64,000 bases of DNA from positions 32,001 through 96,000 of the forward strand of contig CAVPOM010000018.1 in the NCBI GenBank assembly GCA_963707025.1, in the 5' to 3' direction. Shown here piece after piece: positions 31,983 to 41,671 of the stretch (positions are counted from its first letter, which is position 1; the number at the start of each line of letters is the position of its first letter). Made by a program: the position numbers and the translations under genes. The stretch is from an uncultured Verrucomicrobiae bacterium. Its GTDB lineage: Bacteria; Verrucomicrobiota; Verrucomicrobiia; Limisphaerales; Palsa-1400. The notes under the pieces were generated by a model. The model searched no databases and was not told the origin of the DNA. It was given only the letters and a program-made list of their open reading frames with translations.

Positions 31983-32684
31983 TCAAGGTTTCTCCCGGAG
32001 CTGAACGCTTTGCCCAAGGTTTTCCAAACGCGTCAGCCATTGGCCGAAGTGAGGGCATTTCTCACGAAGAACAGGAAGGCCGATCTCTCCGGCGGCCCGA
32101 GCGCCCACAAGCACTTTGGCGCGATGGTAGCCGGGCAGATGTTTTTCCAGCCGTGCGGATGGATGCGTGCTCGATCCATCGTCCACCTCTTCGGGTGGAG
32201 TGGAACCAATTTCAGCCTTCAAGTTGGCGATGCCTCGGTCGCGACCGGGGAGGCGGCGGGCCACCGTGATCAGGTCGCAAAAGAGAAGAGCTTCAAACTC
32301 ATGCAGGGTGAAGAACGGCAGGAGGCGGGGGGAGTTGAAATGCGTTTGGACGGTGGCGGCGACGGTGGCGGCGCGGTCTGCCGCTTGGGCAAGTTTGCGA
32401 GCTTCGCCGACTCCTGGAAAATGCGGGTCAAGTTTGTACCAATCAATCATCGTAGAGAAACGGTCTGATATGCCGGCGAACTGCTTGAGCAGGCGGCCTA
32501 CATTGTAACGGAAGCGATCCCACGACAACGCGCCGCCTGCTGCGCCCAGGCTTCGGTTCGTGGGCAGCATGAATGGGTTAACGGAGACGTGGTACTGGGC
32601 GAGGTGAGGTTTCAGGGTGTCGCGGGCGAAGGCCAGTTCCGTTTCCCCCTCCACGATCAGGTGCAGTTTCACCCAGGCCGTCAC
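31983..32684 (-). CDS. DUF4276-like (TOPRIM-type) protein
   Basis: IVEGETE, TMIDWY, LHEFEALLF, PEEVDD..HPSARL, CPHFGQWL; GTGA overlap with the ATPase stop. Confidence 0.8.
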   Translation of the reverse strand: MTAWVKLHLIVEGETELAFARDTLKPHLAQYHVSVNPFMLPTNRSLGAAGGALSWDRFRYNVGRLLKQFAGISDRFSTMIDWYKLDPHFPGVGEARKLAQAADRAATVAATVQTHFNSPRLLPFFTLHEFEALLFCDLITVARRLPGRDRGIANLKAEIGSTPPEEVDDGSSTHPSARLEKHLPGYHRAKVLVGARAAGEIGLPVLREKCPHFGQWLTRLENLGQSVQLREKP

Positions 32685-33859
32685 GGCCGCCCTCCGAAAA
32701 GGTTGCTCTCCCACATTTGGCTTAGGGAATAATCTTGCAACCAGTCCGCCAGGCTTTCCCGATCGAGCCGTTTAAGATTCGTTGCGCCTTCTTCCAAGTC
32801 GGCGACAATCACATCTGCCGGCTCCATTTGATCCACCAAACCGGCGGATTGGGTGGCCACAATGATCTGTGTAAAATTGGCAGCATCCTGAAGAAGGGAC
32901 GCCAGAATCTTGATGGCGTATGGATGCAACCCCAGTTCCGGCTCATCAATGGCAATCAACGGCGGCAACCAGTCGTGAGGCTGGAGGAGCAGCGTCGCAA
33001 GCGCAATGAACCGGAGTGTGCCGTCCGAGATTTGGTGGGGTCCGAATTCGTATTCCGCTGAACCAGCCGCTCTCCATCGGAGCATCACATAAGTCCCGCC
33101 ATTATCAGGCTCCAAAACGAAGTCTTTGAAGAGAGGAAAAACTAAATGGACAGTCTCAACCACACGCTTATAGCACTCCGGTTGCTTTTCACGCAAAAGA
33201 TGGAGGTGAGCGGCCAAATTGCTGCCATCGTCGTAGAGATATGGCGGACCACTAAGATCACTGCGGCTGCGCATGCGAGACTGATCCGATGTGTCGTGAA
33301 AATGATAGAGTCGAACGCGACTGAGCGTGCTTCTCCAGAATTTGGCCTCCTCATTCTCCGCCAATTTGGGGGAGAGGAGGGCAGATTCGAGGTGGCCGAG
33401 ATCCAAGATTCCAACGCCCTGGGACGAGTATGGGGTGGTCACCATTGAAATGCACTTCAGTGGCTGGAAACTGCTCCGCTGTGAAAACTAGGGTTTTGGG
33501 GGGCGACTCGGTTTCTGGAATTCGACTCCTTTAAAGCCAAAGTGTCGGGTGCAGCATCCACAAGTGCCATCCGGTAGTTGTAACTTAACACCCGAATCAG
33601 AGGTCATATCCAGTTCCGCGGCAAGGAATTCAGTCACCTTGGCTCCTAGATACAGCAAAGAATCTCTGCCGCCAATGCGGCCAATAAACTCTTGAAGCGC
33701 TCCGATCATCTCGAAATGCAACAGTTTGAACAGCGAAAGGAAATTGGACTTCCCAGACCCGTTGGCCCCGATGAGGACATTCAGGTTTTCCAGCCTCAGT
33801 TCTCGGCATTGCCTGATGGATTTGTAGCCCTCTAGCGAGACTTTGGTCAGCTTTAACAT
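32681..33859 (-). pseudogene. AAA_21/ABC-type ATPase, disrupted around 33450-33590
   Basis: Walker A GANGSGKSN, ISDGTLRF, Walker B IDEPELGLHP, ATQS. The middle has frameshifts and a TAG that a single indel does not repair. Confidence 0.75.
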
Positions 33860-33979
33860 GGTTGCATTCTGTCAGAAGCATCCCCGCGCCGCAAGACGGG
33901 TTTGGAGGCACAAATCACCCCACCGCGTCCAGCCGGAACCAGGGCGAAACCGATCAAAAATCGGCCCGTTTATTGACAG

Positions 33980-34004
33980 CGGCGGTCATAGACCCGCCGC
34001 TACA
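33980..34004 (-). repeat. GTAG REP copy (TGTAGCGGCGGtCTrTGACCGCCG family)
   Basis: Reverse complement of the copies at 47873 and 52033. Confidence 0.7.
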
Positions 34005-34036
34005 GGCGCGCGCAAACCTGCTCCCCAACCGGCCCG

Positions 34037-34378
34037 TTACGTCTTGAACCGGATGTGGGCGGGCGCGGCGGGCGTCTCGTGGGCGCAGGCCTGGTTGGTG
34101 GGCGCTTCGGGCACGCGCTCGTTGGGGCTGATCAGCGCGCTGGCCAGCAGATAAGCCTCCACTTCCTCCCCGCTCACGTCCGGCAGCATCTTGCCGTTGA
34201 CTTCCACGCAGGGGCTTAACATTTGGCCGGTCTTCTCAATCATTTCCTGGCGTTGCGCCGGGTCGTTGATGATGTCGCGGTCCTCGAAAGGCAGGTCGTA
34301 TTTGCGCAGCACGGCGCGCACGCCCTGGCTCCAGCCGCAACTGGGTTTCAAATAAGCGATGATCTTGGGCTTTTCCAT
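34037..34378 (-). CDS. Glutaredoxin-like protein (monothiol CGWS)
   Basis: KPSCGWS, TGQMLSPCVEVNG. Confidence 0.8.
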   Translation of the reverse strand: MEKPKIIAYLKPSCGWSQGVRAVLRKYDLPFEDRDIINDPAQRQEMIEKTGQMLSPCVEVNGKMLPDVSGEEVEAYLLASALISPNERVPEAPTNQACAHETPAAPAHIRFKT

Positions 34379-34458
34379 ATTCCAATCAATTCAGATTTAC
34401 CAACACGTCCATTCTGCCACAGATCACGCGATTGGCAACCTCCTATCTTCAGGGGGGT

Positions 34459-34557
34459 TCTTAATCCTAATCCTAATCCTAATCCTAATCCTAATCTTAA
34501 TCTCAATCCTCAGGATCCCAGAAGGAGATTACGATTAAGATTAAGATTATGATTAAG
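34459..34557. repeat. Inverted hexamer array: (CCTAAT-rich)~8, spacer, (ATTAAG-rich)~5
   Basis: Read directly, between aroG and the glutaredoxin-like gene. Confidence 0.95.
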
Positions 34558-34598
34558 AATCAGAAACAACTGCCGGAGCAAAGGCCCTCCGCCGTCCT

Positions 34599-35661
34599 CT
34601 ATCCTTGGCTTCCGCCGGCCAGCGCCCCGGCGGCCCAGCGCAGCAATCGCTCCGTGGCCTCCCAGCCCAGGCAGGCGTCGGTGATGGAGACGCCGTAGCG
34701 CAGGGCGGCCGGGTTTGGCACGGGGAAGGGCTGGTTGCCTTCGTGCAAAAAGCTTTCCAGCATCAGGCCGATGAGCGAACGGGTGCCTGCCAGGCGCTGC
34801 TGGAGGACGCTGCGCCAGGCTTCTTCTTGACGCGCATGGAGTTTGCCGGAGTTGGCATGGCTGCAATCCACCATCAGCACGCGCGGCAGCCCGGCCTGGA
34901 CCAGTTTGGCTTCGGTGTCGCGGATGCTTTCGGCGTCGTAATTGCTGCGCACCCGGCCGCCGCGCAGGACAATGTGGCCCGCCGGATTGCCCGTCGTGCG
35001 CACGATGCTGGTCACCCCGTCCTGATCAATGCCGATGAAACTGTGCGGCCGCATGGCCGCGCCCATGGCGTCAATGGCGGTCTGGCAACTGCCGTCCGTG
35101 CCGTTTTTGAAGCCGACCGGCATGGAAAGTCCGCTGGCCATTTCGCGGTGGGTCTGGGATTCGGTGGTGCGGGCGCCGATGGCGGCCCAGGTGACCAGGT
35201 CGTCAATGTACTGCGGCACAATCGGGTCCAGAAACTCGGTGGCGGCGGGCAGGCCCATGACGGCGAGCTGGAGGAGAAGGCGGCGGGCCAGTTTGAGGCC
35301 GCCCTCGATGTCGTGGCTGTTGTCCAGATGCGGATCGTTGATCAGCCCCTTCCAGCCGATGGTGGTGCGCGGTTTCTCGAAATAAACGCGCATGATGATT
35401 TCCAGCCGCCCCCGCAGTTCCTGGCGCAGGGCGTGGAGCTTGCCGGCGTATTCCAGCGCGGCGGGAACATGGTGAATGGAGCAAGGCCCCGCCACCACGA
35501 GCAGACGCGGATCTTCCAGGCCGAGGATGCGGCGGATGGTTTCCCGGCCCTGCGTGACGGTCAGGCCTGGCCGCATCGCTCATGGGCAGTTCCGCCTTCA
35601 AGGCGCGCGGGGGCAGCAGGCGGACGATTTCCGCGACATGTAGATCCTGGGTGGCGATCAT
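34599..35661 (-). CDS. aroG: Class I-alpha DAHP synthase; 1-nt frameshift near 35565
   Basis: [55 protein letters not shown]-terminus MIATQDLHV is in the adjacent frame. Confidence 0.9.
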
Positions 35662-35728
35662 GGGCGGAAAGGAAGGCGGGCCGGGGTTTGCATTTTCAGG
35701 ACGGCGCTTCAATTATAATTGACACAGC

Positions 35729-37810
35729 CTACCAGATGACCGCGCGCAGGGCGGGGGCGCGCCAGACGGGCGCGCCCTCCTTGATGCCGAAGGCGTCGTA
35801 AAACGGCTGGAAATTCTCCTCCGGACCGATGGCGCGGAACTGGCCCGGGGAATGAACATCGGTGACGAGCCGCTGGCGCAAAGCAGCCTGACGCCAGTTG
35901 GTGCGCCAGATTTGCGCGAAGGATATGAAAAAGCGCTGCTCCGGGGTGAAGCCGTCCACGCTTTTGCGCCGGGAGGGGTCTTTGGCCAGGGCCCGTTCCA
36001 GGGCGTCGTATGCGATGGTAATGCCGCCCAGGTCGGCCAGATTCTCGCCCAGGGTCAGGCGTCCGTTGACATGGACGCCGGGCAGGGCCTCGAAGCCGTT
36101 GTATTCGTCCACCACCAATTGGGCGCGGGCTTCGAAGGCCGCGGCGTCGGCGGGCGTCCACCAATCGTTGAGGTTGCCGTTGGCGTCATATTTGCGGCCC
36201 TGGTCGTCGTAGCCGTGGGTCATTTCATGGCCGATGACCACACCGATGGCGCCGTAATTGACGCCGTCGTCCATGGCGGGGTCAAAAAACGGCGGCTGGA
36301 GAATTCCGGCGGGGAAAACAATTTCGTTCTGTTCGGGATTGAAGTAGGCGTTGACGGTTTGCGGGGTCATGTGCCATTCGGCTTTGTCCACCCGTTTGCC
36401 GACGCGGGCCCGCTGGCGTTTGGACTCGAAGCTGACGGAGCGGCGGACGTTGCCGATCAAGTCATCGGGGAGCAGCTTGACGGAGGAATAATCGCGGAAC
36501 TTGGCGGGACAGCCGATTTTCTGGGTGAAGCGGTCGAATTTCTCCTGCGCCTTGGCGCGGGTGGCGGGGGACATCCAGGGGACTTTTTGCAAATGGTCGC
36601 GGAAAACAGCCTTGAGGTTCTCCACCAGCTCATTCATGCGGGCGCGGGCTTCGGGTGGAAAATTCTTCTCGACATAAAGCCGGCCCAGGGCCTCGCCGAT
36701 GTGGGAATCAATGGTGCGGGCGGAGCGTTGCCAGCGGGGTTCCTGCTGGAGCTGGCCGCTGAGGACGGTGCCGTAAAAGGCGAACGATGCGGTTTCGGCG
36801 GCGGCGTTCAGATAGGGGGCGGAGGCGTGCAGGACGTGCCAGCGCAGGTAGGTTTTCCAATCGTCCAGCGGGCGCTGGTTGACCAGGGTGTCGAGGGCGG
36901 CGAAAAAGTCGGGCTGGCGGATAATGACCTCGCGCAACGAAGGCATGCCGGAAGCGTCCAGGAATTCGCGCAAGGCCAGGTGGGGATAATTTTGCACGGC
37001 ATCGGCGACGGTGAATTTGTGGTAATTGGCGATGGGATCGCGCAGATCGGCGCGGGCTTTGCAGGCTTTGGCCAGGGCCGTTTCCAGGTCAAGAATGGTC
37101 GCGGCGTGGGTCTTGGCGTCGGATTCCGTTTCGCCGGCCAGGACAAGCATTTTGGTGATGTGAGCCTGATAGGCTTCGCGTTTGCCGGCAAAATCGGCGG
37201 ACAAATAGTAATCGCGGTCGGGCAGGCCCAGGCCGCCCTGGCTGAATTGCAAGGCGTAGAAGCCGCTGTTTTTCGCGTCGGGGGAAACGGCGGCGCCGAA
37301 GAGAGCCGGAATGCCGCTGTCCTGGAAGTAAGCGACGAGGCGGAGAATTTCAGCGGAGGACTTGAGCGCGGCGATGCGCGCGAAATCATCCCGCAGCGGG
37401 GTCAACCCCAGTTCCTCCAGGCGGTTGGTGTTCATGGCCGAGGCGTAGAAGGCGGCCACCTCGCCGATGGGCGAGCGCGGCGGCGGCGGCTTGGCGTCGC
37501 AGTCCGCGAGGGTGGAGAGGAGAATGTCGTGGATCAGGGCCAGGTTGCGTTCGTTCAGCTCCTCGAAGGCGCCCCAGCGCGATTTGTCGGCGGGCACGGG
37601 ATTGTTGGTCAGCCAGCCGCCGCAGGCGAAGCGGAAAAAGTCCGCGCCGGGATCAACGGAGGCATCCATGTAGTTGACGGAAAAGCGCGGGACAGGCGGC
37701 GGCGTGGCGGGCTGGGCCTCGGGCGGGCAAGCCACCGGTTGGTGGGCGCATCCTTGAGCAAAGGCGAGGCCCGCAGCGGCCAGAAAAAGAGGCAAGTTGA
37801 GTTTGTTCAT
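35729..37810 (-). CDS. M13 family (neprilysin/PepO) metallopeptidase lipoprotein
   Basis: AQGC lipobox, VNAYF, FPAGILQPPFF, HEMTH, GENLADLGG, HSP. Confidence 0.93.
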   Translation of the reverse strand: MNKLNLPLFLAAAGLAFAQGCAHQPVACPPEAQPATPPPVPRFSVNYMDASVDPGADFFRFACGGWLTNNPVPADKSRWGAFEELNERNLALIHDILLSTLADCDAKPPPPRSPIGEVAAFYASAMNTNRLEELGLTPLRDDFARIAALKSSAEILRLVAYFQDSGIPALFGAAVSPDAKNSGFYALQFSQGGLGLPDRDYYLSADFAGKREAYQAHITKMLVLAGETESDAKTHAATILDLETALAKACKARADLRDPIANYHKFTVADAVQNYPHLALREFLDASGMPSLREVIIRQPDFFAALDTLVNQRPLDDWKTYLRWHVLHASAPYLNAAAETASFAFYGTVLSGQLQQEPRWQRSARTIDSHIGEALGRLYVEKNFPPEARARMNELVENLKAVFRDHLQKVPWMSPATRAKAQEKFDRFTQKIGCPAKFRDYSSVKLLPDDLIGNVRRSVSFESKRQRARVGKRVDKAEWHMTPQTVNAYFNPEQNEIVFPAGILQPPFFDPAMDDGVNYGAIGVVIGHEMTHGYDDQGRKYDANGNLNDWWTPADAAAFEARAQLVVDEYNGFEALPGVHVNGRLTLGENLADLGGITIAYDALERALAKDPSRRKSVDGFTPEQRFFISFAQIWRTNWRQAALRQRLVTDVHSPGQFRAIGPEENFQPFYDAFGIKEGAPVWRAPALRAVIW

Positions 37811-37916
37811 GCAATTAGGTCACGTTCCATGACGAATGGGAATTGTGGCGTGGTTCCAAGGCAAAAGCAAAATGAAAACCGGGCGGTGTTGGGCCGCGAA
37901 ATACGGATACCTCAGC

Positions 37917-37956
37917 GGAGTGGCGGAGTGATGGAGTGGTGCAGTGATGGAGTGGT
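37917..37956. repeat. Octamer tandem array (GGAGTGRY)5
   Basis: ggagtggc ggagtgat ggagtggt gcagtgat ggagtggt; the complementary form occurs at 44655-44676. Confidence 0.85.
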
Positions 37957-38161
37957 GTGAGGCGGGGGTGAACAGAAGCAATTGAAACGAAGGGGGATGG
38001 AAACTGCAAGATAGCGAAGGCGGCGCGGAGGAACCCCTTCCTGGTTCCGTCGCCGTCCGATGCCACTGTTTGCCTTTCCCCATCTCACTATGCTAGTTTT
38101 AGCATGTAAAGTATGGCTGTCAACGGAAAAACGCGGGAAAATGCGATGCGCCGGTCATGGG

Positions 38162-38235
38162 GGTGGGGCGAGACTCCGTCGAGCCGAAACTCGATTTCCT
38201 GGGAAGAAGTCACGGCTCGACGGAGTTGCCCTGCC
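38162..38235. repeat. Degenerate REP doublet
   Basis: GGTGGGGCGAGACTCCGTCGAGCCG ... CGGCTCGACGGAGTTGCCCTGCC. Confidence 0.7.
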
Positions 38236-38274
38236 TTCACTGTGGTGTTACGCGAGAACAACGATTTCGTTTTT

Positions 38275-38326
38275 ATTTTTCTGACCCCATCTTTCTGACT
38301 GTCAAAAAAAATGGGGTCAGAAAAAT
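38275..38326. repeat. Perfect 16-bp inverted repeat with a partly paired interior
   Basis: ATTTTTCTGACCCCAT ... ATGGGGTCAGAAAAAT. Confidence 0.85.
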
Positions 38327-38429
38327 GGCTCGAAATTGACCATGATATTTTTTAGGAGTCCACAAACCTCATCCTGGCCAATGTTGACAGGGTGAAGGGA
38401 ACCCATCCGCTGCAAGGCCCAACAGCAGA

Positions 38430-38618
38430 TCAGTATCGAGCCCCAGTTGTTTTCCAGGCCTGCGTGCCTCCATAAATAATGGACATCGCCTTTTTCAGGG
38501 ACTCCTCCCGTTGCGCGGAGGTCATCTTATTGGCCCGTTGTCGAATTCGAGCCGCCAGGCGGCTGCCTTCGGTTTCGTCCGGATAATCCAGTTTTTTCTT
38601 TTTGATCGGCGGCGGCAT
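38430..38618 (-). CDS. Small basic hypothetical protein, possibly antitoxin-like
   Basis: 62-aa helical ORF PDETEGSRLAARIRQRANKMT..AMSIIYGG. Confidence 0.5.
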   Translation of the reverse strand: MPPPIKKKKLDYPDETEGSRLAARIRQRANKMTSAQREESLKKAMSIIYGGTQAWKTTGARY

Positions 38619-38820
38619 TTTGTTTTGAGGCTGCAATAATGTCCAACAAAGCGGCGCTTTGTCAATCTTCGCGCCTGCCCATCCCCGTCAGGCGCCTTTT
38701 CCGGCAGCGCGCCTGCGTCCACAGGAACCGGAAGCCTCATCCCCGATCCTGCGCCCGGCGGTTCTGCCAAGTGATTCGTTTTCGCTTTGCACCCGGACAT
38801 TTTTTCCACATAGTTGCCGC

Positions 38821-39837
38821 ATGAAATCATCCCGCTGCCAACCGGCGCTTCTTCTCCTCGGTTTGTTTTGCCTGCTCCATTATTCACGGGGCGCCGAAGC
38901 CCAAAATCCTTTTGTTGGCGGCTGGGCTTTGACACTGCCGGGCGGCTACCCCGGCTGGCTCGGCGTCGAATCGGATGGGAATCAAATCAACGCTGAAATG
39001 CTTTGGCGCTCGGGCAGCGTCTTCAAATTGGATGGAGCGCGTCTCGACGGGGAAAGGCTGGTGCTCACACGGCTGCACCAGGTGGACAGCAAAAAGCCGG
39101 ACGGCACGACTGCCAAAATCAAGCTGGCTGAAACCATCACCGTGACGCGGGACGGCGCATCGCTCCAACTCGTCAGCGTCACGCCCAAGGCCGATGGCAA
39201 CGGCCAGGACCGCTCCGAATTCACCGGCAAACGTCTCCCGCCCATGCCGCCCGCGCCCGACTTGAGCAAAGTAAAATTCGGCGAAAGCGTGCCGTTGTTC
39301 AACGGCCACAACCTCGACGGCTGGCGGCTGGTCGAAACCGGCGCGGTCAACGGCTGGAGCGTTCACGATGGACTTCTCTGCAACAACGCGACCCAGCAAG
39401 AAGGCCAGCCGCACAAGAATTACGGAAACCTCCGCACCGTCGCGGAATTTGAGGATTTTATGCTGCACGCTGAAACGCGCGTGCCGAAGAACGGCAACAG
39501 CGGCATCTATTTGCGGGGCCTCTATGAGGTGCAGGTGTTTGACAGTTTCGGCAAGCCGCTGGACTCGCACAACATGGGGGCCATTTACAGCCGCATCAGG
39601 CCGGCGGTCAACGCCGAGAAGCCTGCCGGCGAATGGCAGACGCTGGACATTACCTACGTAAATCGCCACGTCACCGTGGCGCTCAACGGCGCCAGGATCA
39701 TAGACAACCAGCCCATTGCCGGCCCAACCGGTGGCGCCCTCTGGCCGGAAGTGGACCGGCCCGGCCCGATTTATCTGCAAGGCGACCACACTGGCATCGA
39801 ATATCGAAACCTCGTGTTGCGGCCGGTGGTGAATTGA
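38821..39837 (+). CDS. DUF1080 (3-keto-disaccharide hydrolase-like) secreted protein
   Basis: Signal peptide, LFNGHNLDGW, GNSGIYLRG.YEVQV, GPIYLQGDH. Confidence 0.88.
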   Translation: MKSSRCQPALLLLGLFCLLHYSRGAEAQNPFVGGWALTLPGGYPGWLGVESDGNQINAEMLWRSGSVFKLDGARLDGERLVLTRLHQVDSKKPDGTTAKIKLAETITVTRDGASLQLVSVTPKADGNGQDRSEFTGKRLPPMPPAPDLSKVKFGESVPLFNGHNLDGWRLVETGAVNGWSVHDGLLCNNATQQEGQPHKNYGNLRTVAEFEDFMLHAETRVPKNGNSGIYLRGLYEVQVFDSFGKPLDSHNMGAIYSRIRPAVNAEKPAGEWQTLDITYVNRHVTVALNGARIIDNQPIAGPTGGALWPEVDRPGPIYLQGDHTGIEYRNLVLRPVVN

Positions 39838-39848
39838 CACCCCGGCCG

Positions 39849-41381
39849 CTATTTTTGAAGGCGGAAAAGACTGTTGCTGGCCGGAGCGATGATGGTTGAG
39901 GCCAGGCCGGTGCCATTGGTGACCGTTGTCAGTGGCGCGGTGAGCCAGGTGATTGGCCCGCTCAGACCGGAAGCTTCGAGTTGATAATCCTGCGCGAATA
40001 ACGGCCAGGAAAGCACCGCGTTTCGGCCGGAGGGGGCAATGTTGAGGAGGGGTTGCGGCGCGGCATCATAGGGACCAACCGGGCTGCCCGTGGTCGTGCT
40101 CTCCAACGCGCCAACGTCCAGGGCCGACGGGCGCGGGCGCCACATTCGATTGGTCGTTTCGTTCAAATAGTATTCCTTGCCAGGCAGGCCATAGACCGAC
40201 GTGTTGGCGGCGCCGAGGCACGCGCTGCCGGCGCCCGGATGAAAGTCTTCCTGGGCGGGATTGCCAAAGCCGGGGGAGGCGGACTTCACCGGATTGGTCA
40301 GGGGTGAGGCGGCGGCATTGGACGGTTGCCAATTACTCACGCCCGTGACACTGGCGGCGGCGGCATCTTCGATCAGGGTCGCGACGGTGGTGCCGGAAAG
40401 GATATTGTCGGAAATCTCCGCGCTCATCGCCGTGCCGTCGGCGTTCGAGACGTGGACGAAGGCGGATGATCCACCGTTGCCGGCGAAGGTGTTGTAGAGG
40501 GAGACCAACGACAGGGTCAGGCCGCTCAGACCGGTGTCATTGTAAAGGGCGATGACCTGGGAATGATTTCCGGGAACGGCATTCTGCACGATGACATTGC
40601 CGCGCAAGGTCAACGTTTGTTGGAAAGGACCCGCCCCGCTGAAATCGTCGTCGCTCATCAAATCGCCCTCGTAATTTGCGGCGCGGGCGAACCAATTATA
40701 TTCCAGCGTGGCCGCGCGGCAACGCAGATGGAAATTCTGGCCTTGCACACTGTCATGCACGAAACAATAGCGCATGGCGAAATAGCCGCCGTAAATGTAG
40801 AGGTTGTGGGTCGGCGCCGAGGAGGAGGCGTTGGTATTGCCATTGGCGTTGAATTCGCAGTACTCGACCGTCGCCTGGCTGTCCTGGGTGCCGCCAGTCA
40901 TCCCGTTGTCGTTCAAGGTGAAGACGCAATCCTTGATGTAGAGATTGCTCGTCGCCTCATAATAGCGGATGGCGCCGCAGTTCGCCGCCGCGTTGCGGCA
41001 ATGGCGGAACACGATCCCCGAGATGTTGTAATTCCGCGCCCCGCTGAACTGCCAGGCGCCCCGCGCCCGGTCCCCGGCCGTGTAGTCGCCCGGCGCGTCA
41101 TCCACCAGGGTCGTCCCAAAATCCCATACCGGCGGGTTGGCCGGGTCCTGCGCTTGAATCACGATCGGTTTGGCGGCGGTCGCCTGCTTCGTCAAATAGA
41201 CGCGAAACGCATAGGTCCCGGGCGCAATGAGGACCTGGTCGCCGGGCTGGGCGCCTTCGATCTTCGAATAATTGTCACCCGGCCCGACCATGATGACCGA
41301 CGCCTGGACCGCGCTCCAGCCTCCGACCAGCGCGACGCAGCAGAGCCGCCTCGAAAAACTTCCTGTCCACGATTGAATCAC
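39849..41381 (-). CDS. Secreted right-handed beta-helix (pectin lyase-like) protein
   Basis: Signal peptide, AQPGDQVLIAPGTY, Asn-rich repeats, THNLYI, DVGALE, and a C-terminal LSWP..YQLE..FRL tail. Confidence 0.7.
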   Translation of the reverse strand: MIQSWTGSFSRRLCCVALVGGWSAVQASVIMVGPGDNYSKIEGAQPGDQVLIAPGTYAFRVYLTKQATAAKPIVIQAQDPANPPVWDFGTTLVDDAPGDYTAGDRARGAWQFSGARNYNISGIVFRHCRNAAANCGAIRYYEATSNLYIKDCVFTLNDNGMTGGTQDSQATVEYCEFNANGNTNASSSAPTHNLYIYGGYFAMRYCFVHDSVQGQNFHLRCRAATLEYNWFARAANYEGDLMSDDDFSGAGPFQQTLTLRGNVIVQNAVPGNHSQVIALYNDTGLSGLTLSLVSLYNTFAGNGGSSAFVHVSNADGTAMSAEISDNILSGTTVATLIEDAAAASVTGVSNWQPSNAAASPLTNPVKSASPGFGNPAQEDFHPGAGSACLGAANTSVYGLPGKEYYLNETTNRMWRPRPSALDVGALESTTTGSPVGPYDAAPQPLLNIAPSGRNAVLSWPLFAQDYQLEASGLSGPITWLTAPLTTVTNGTGLASTIIAPASNSLFRLQK

Positions 41382-41671
41382 GCCGGAAGTTTAATCGCCT
41401 CGCGCCCCGCCGTCAGGGATTATTTGGCCGCCGCGTTCGCCTCCGGGCGGCCGCGGAGGGGCGGATGCGCTTTTCCCAGGGCGGCGCTCGCCTGGCAAAC
41501 CGGAGAAACTAGCCGCTTGAAATCACGGCTCGCCTTTGGCAGCATCGGATTATGATGAGTGGGAACAAAGGTTATTCTTCCTCCCCGCGCAGCGCGCAGC
41601 ACCTGCGGAGCCGCAACAGCACTTGCTTGGAAGATCAAAAACCGAATTCCCATCCCTTCGCTTAAACCGAT

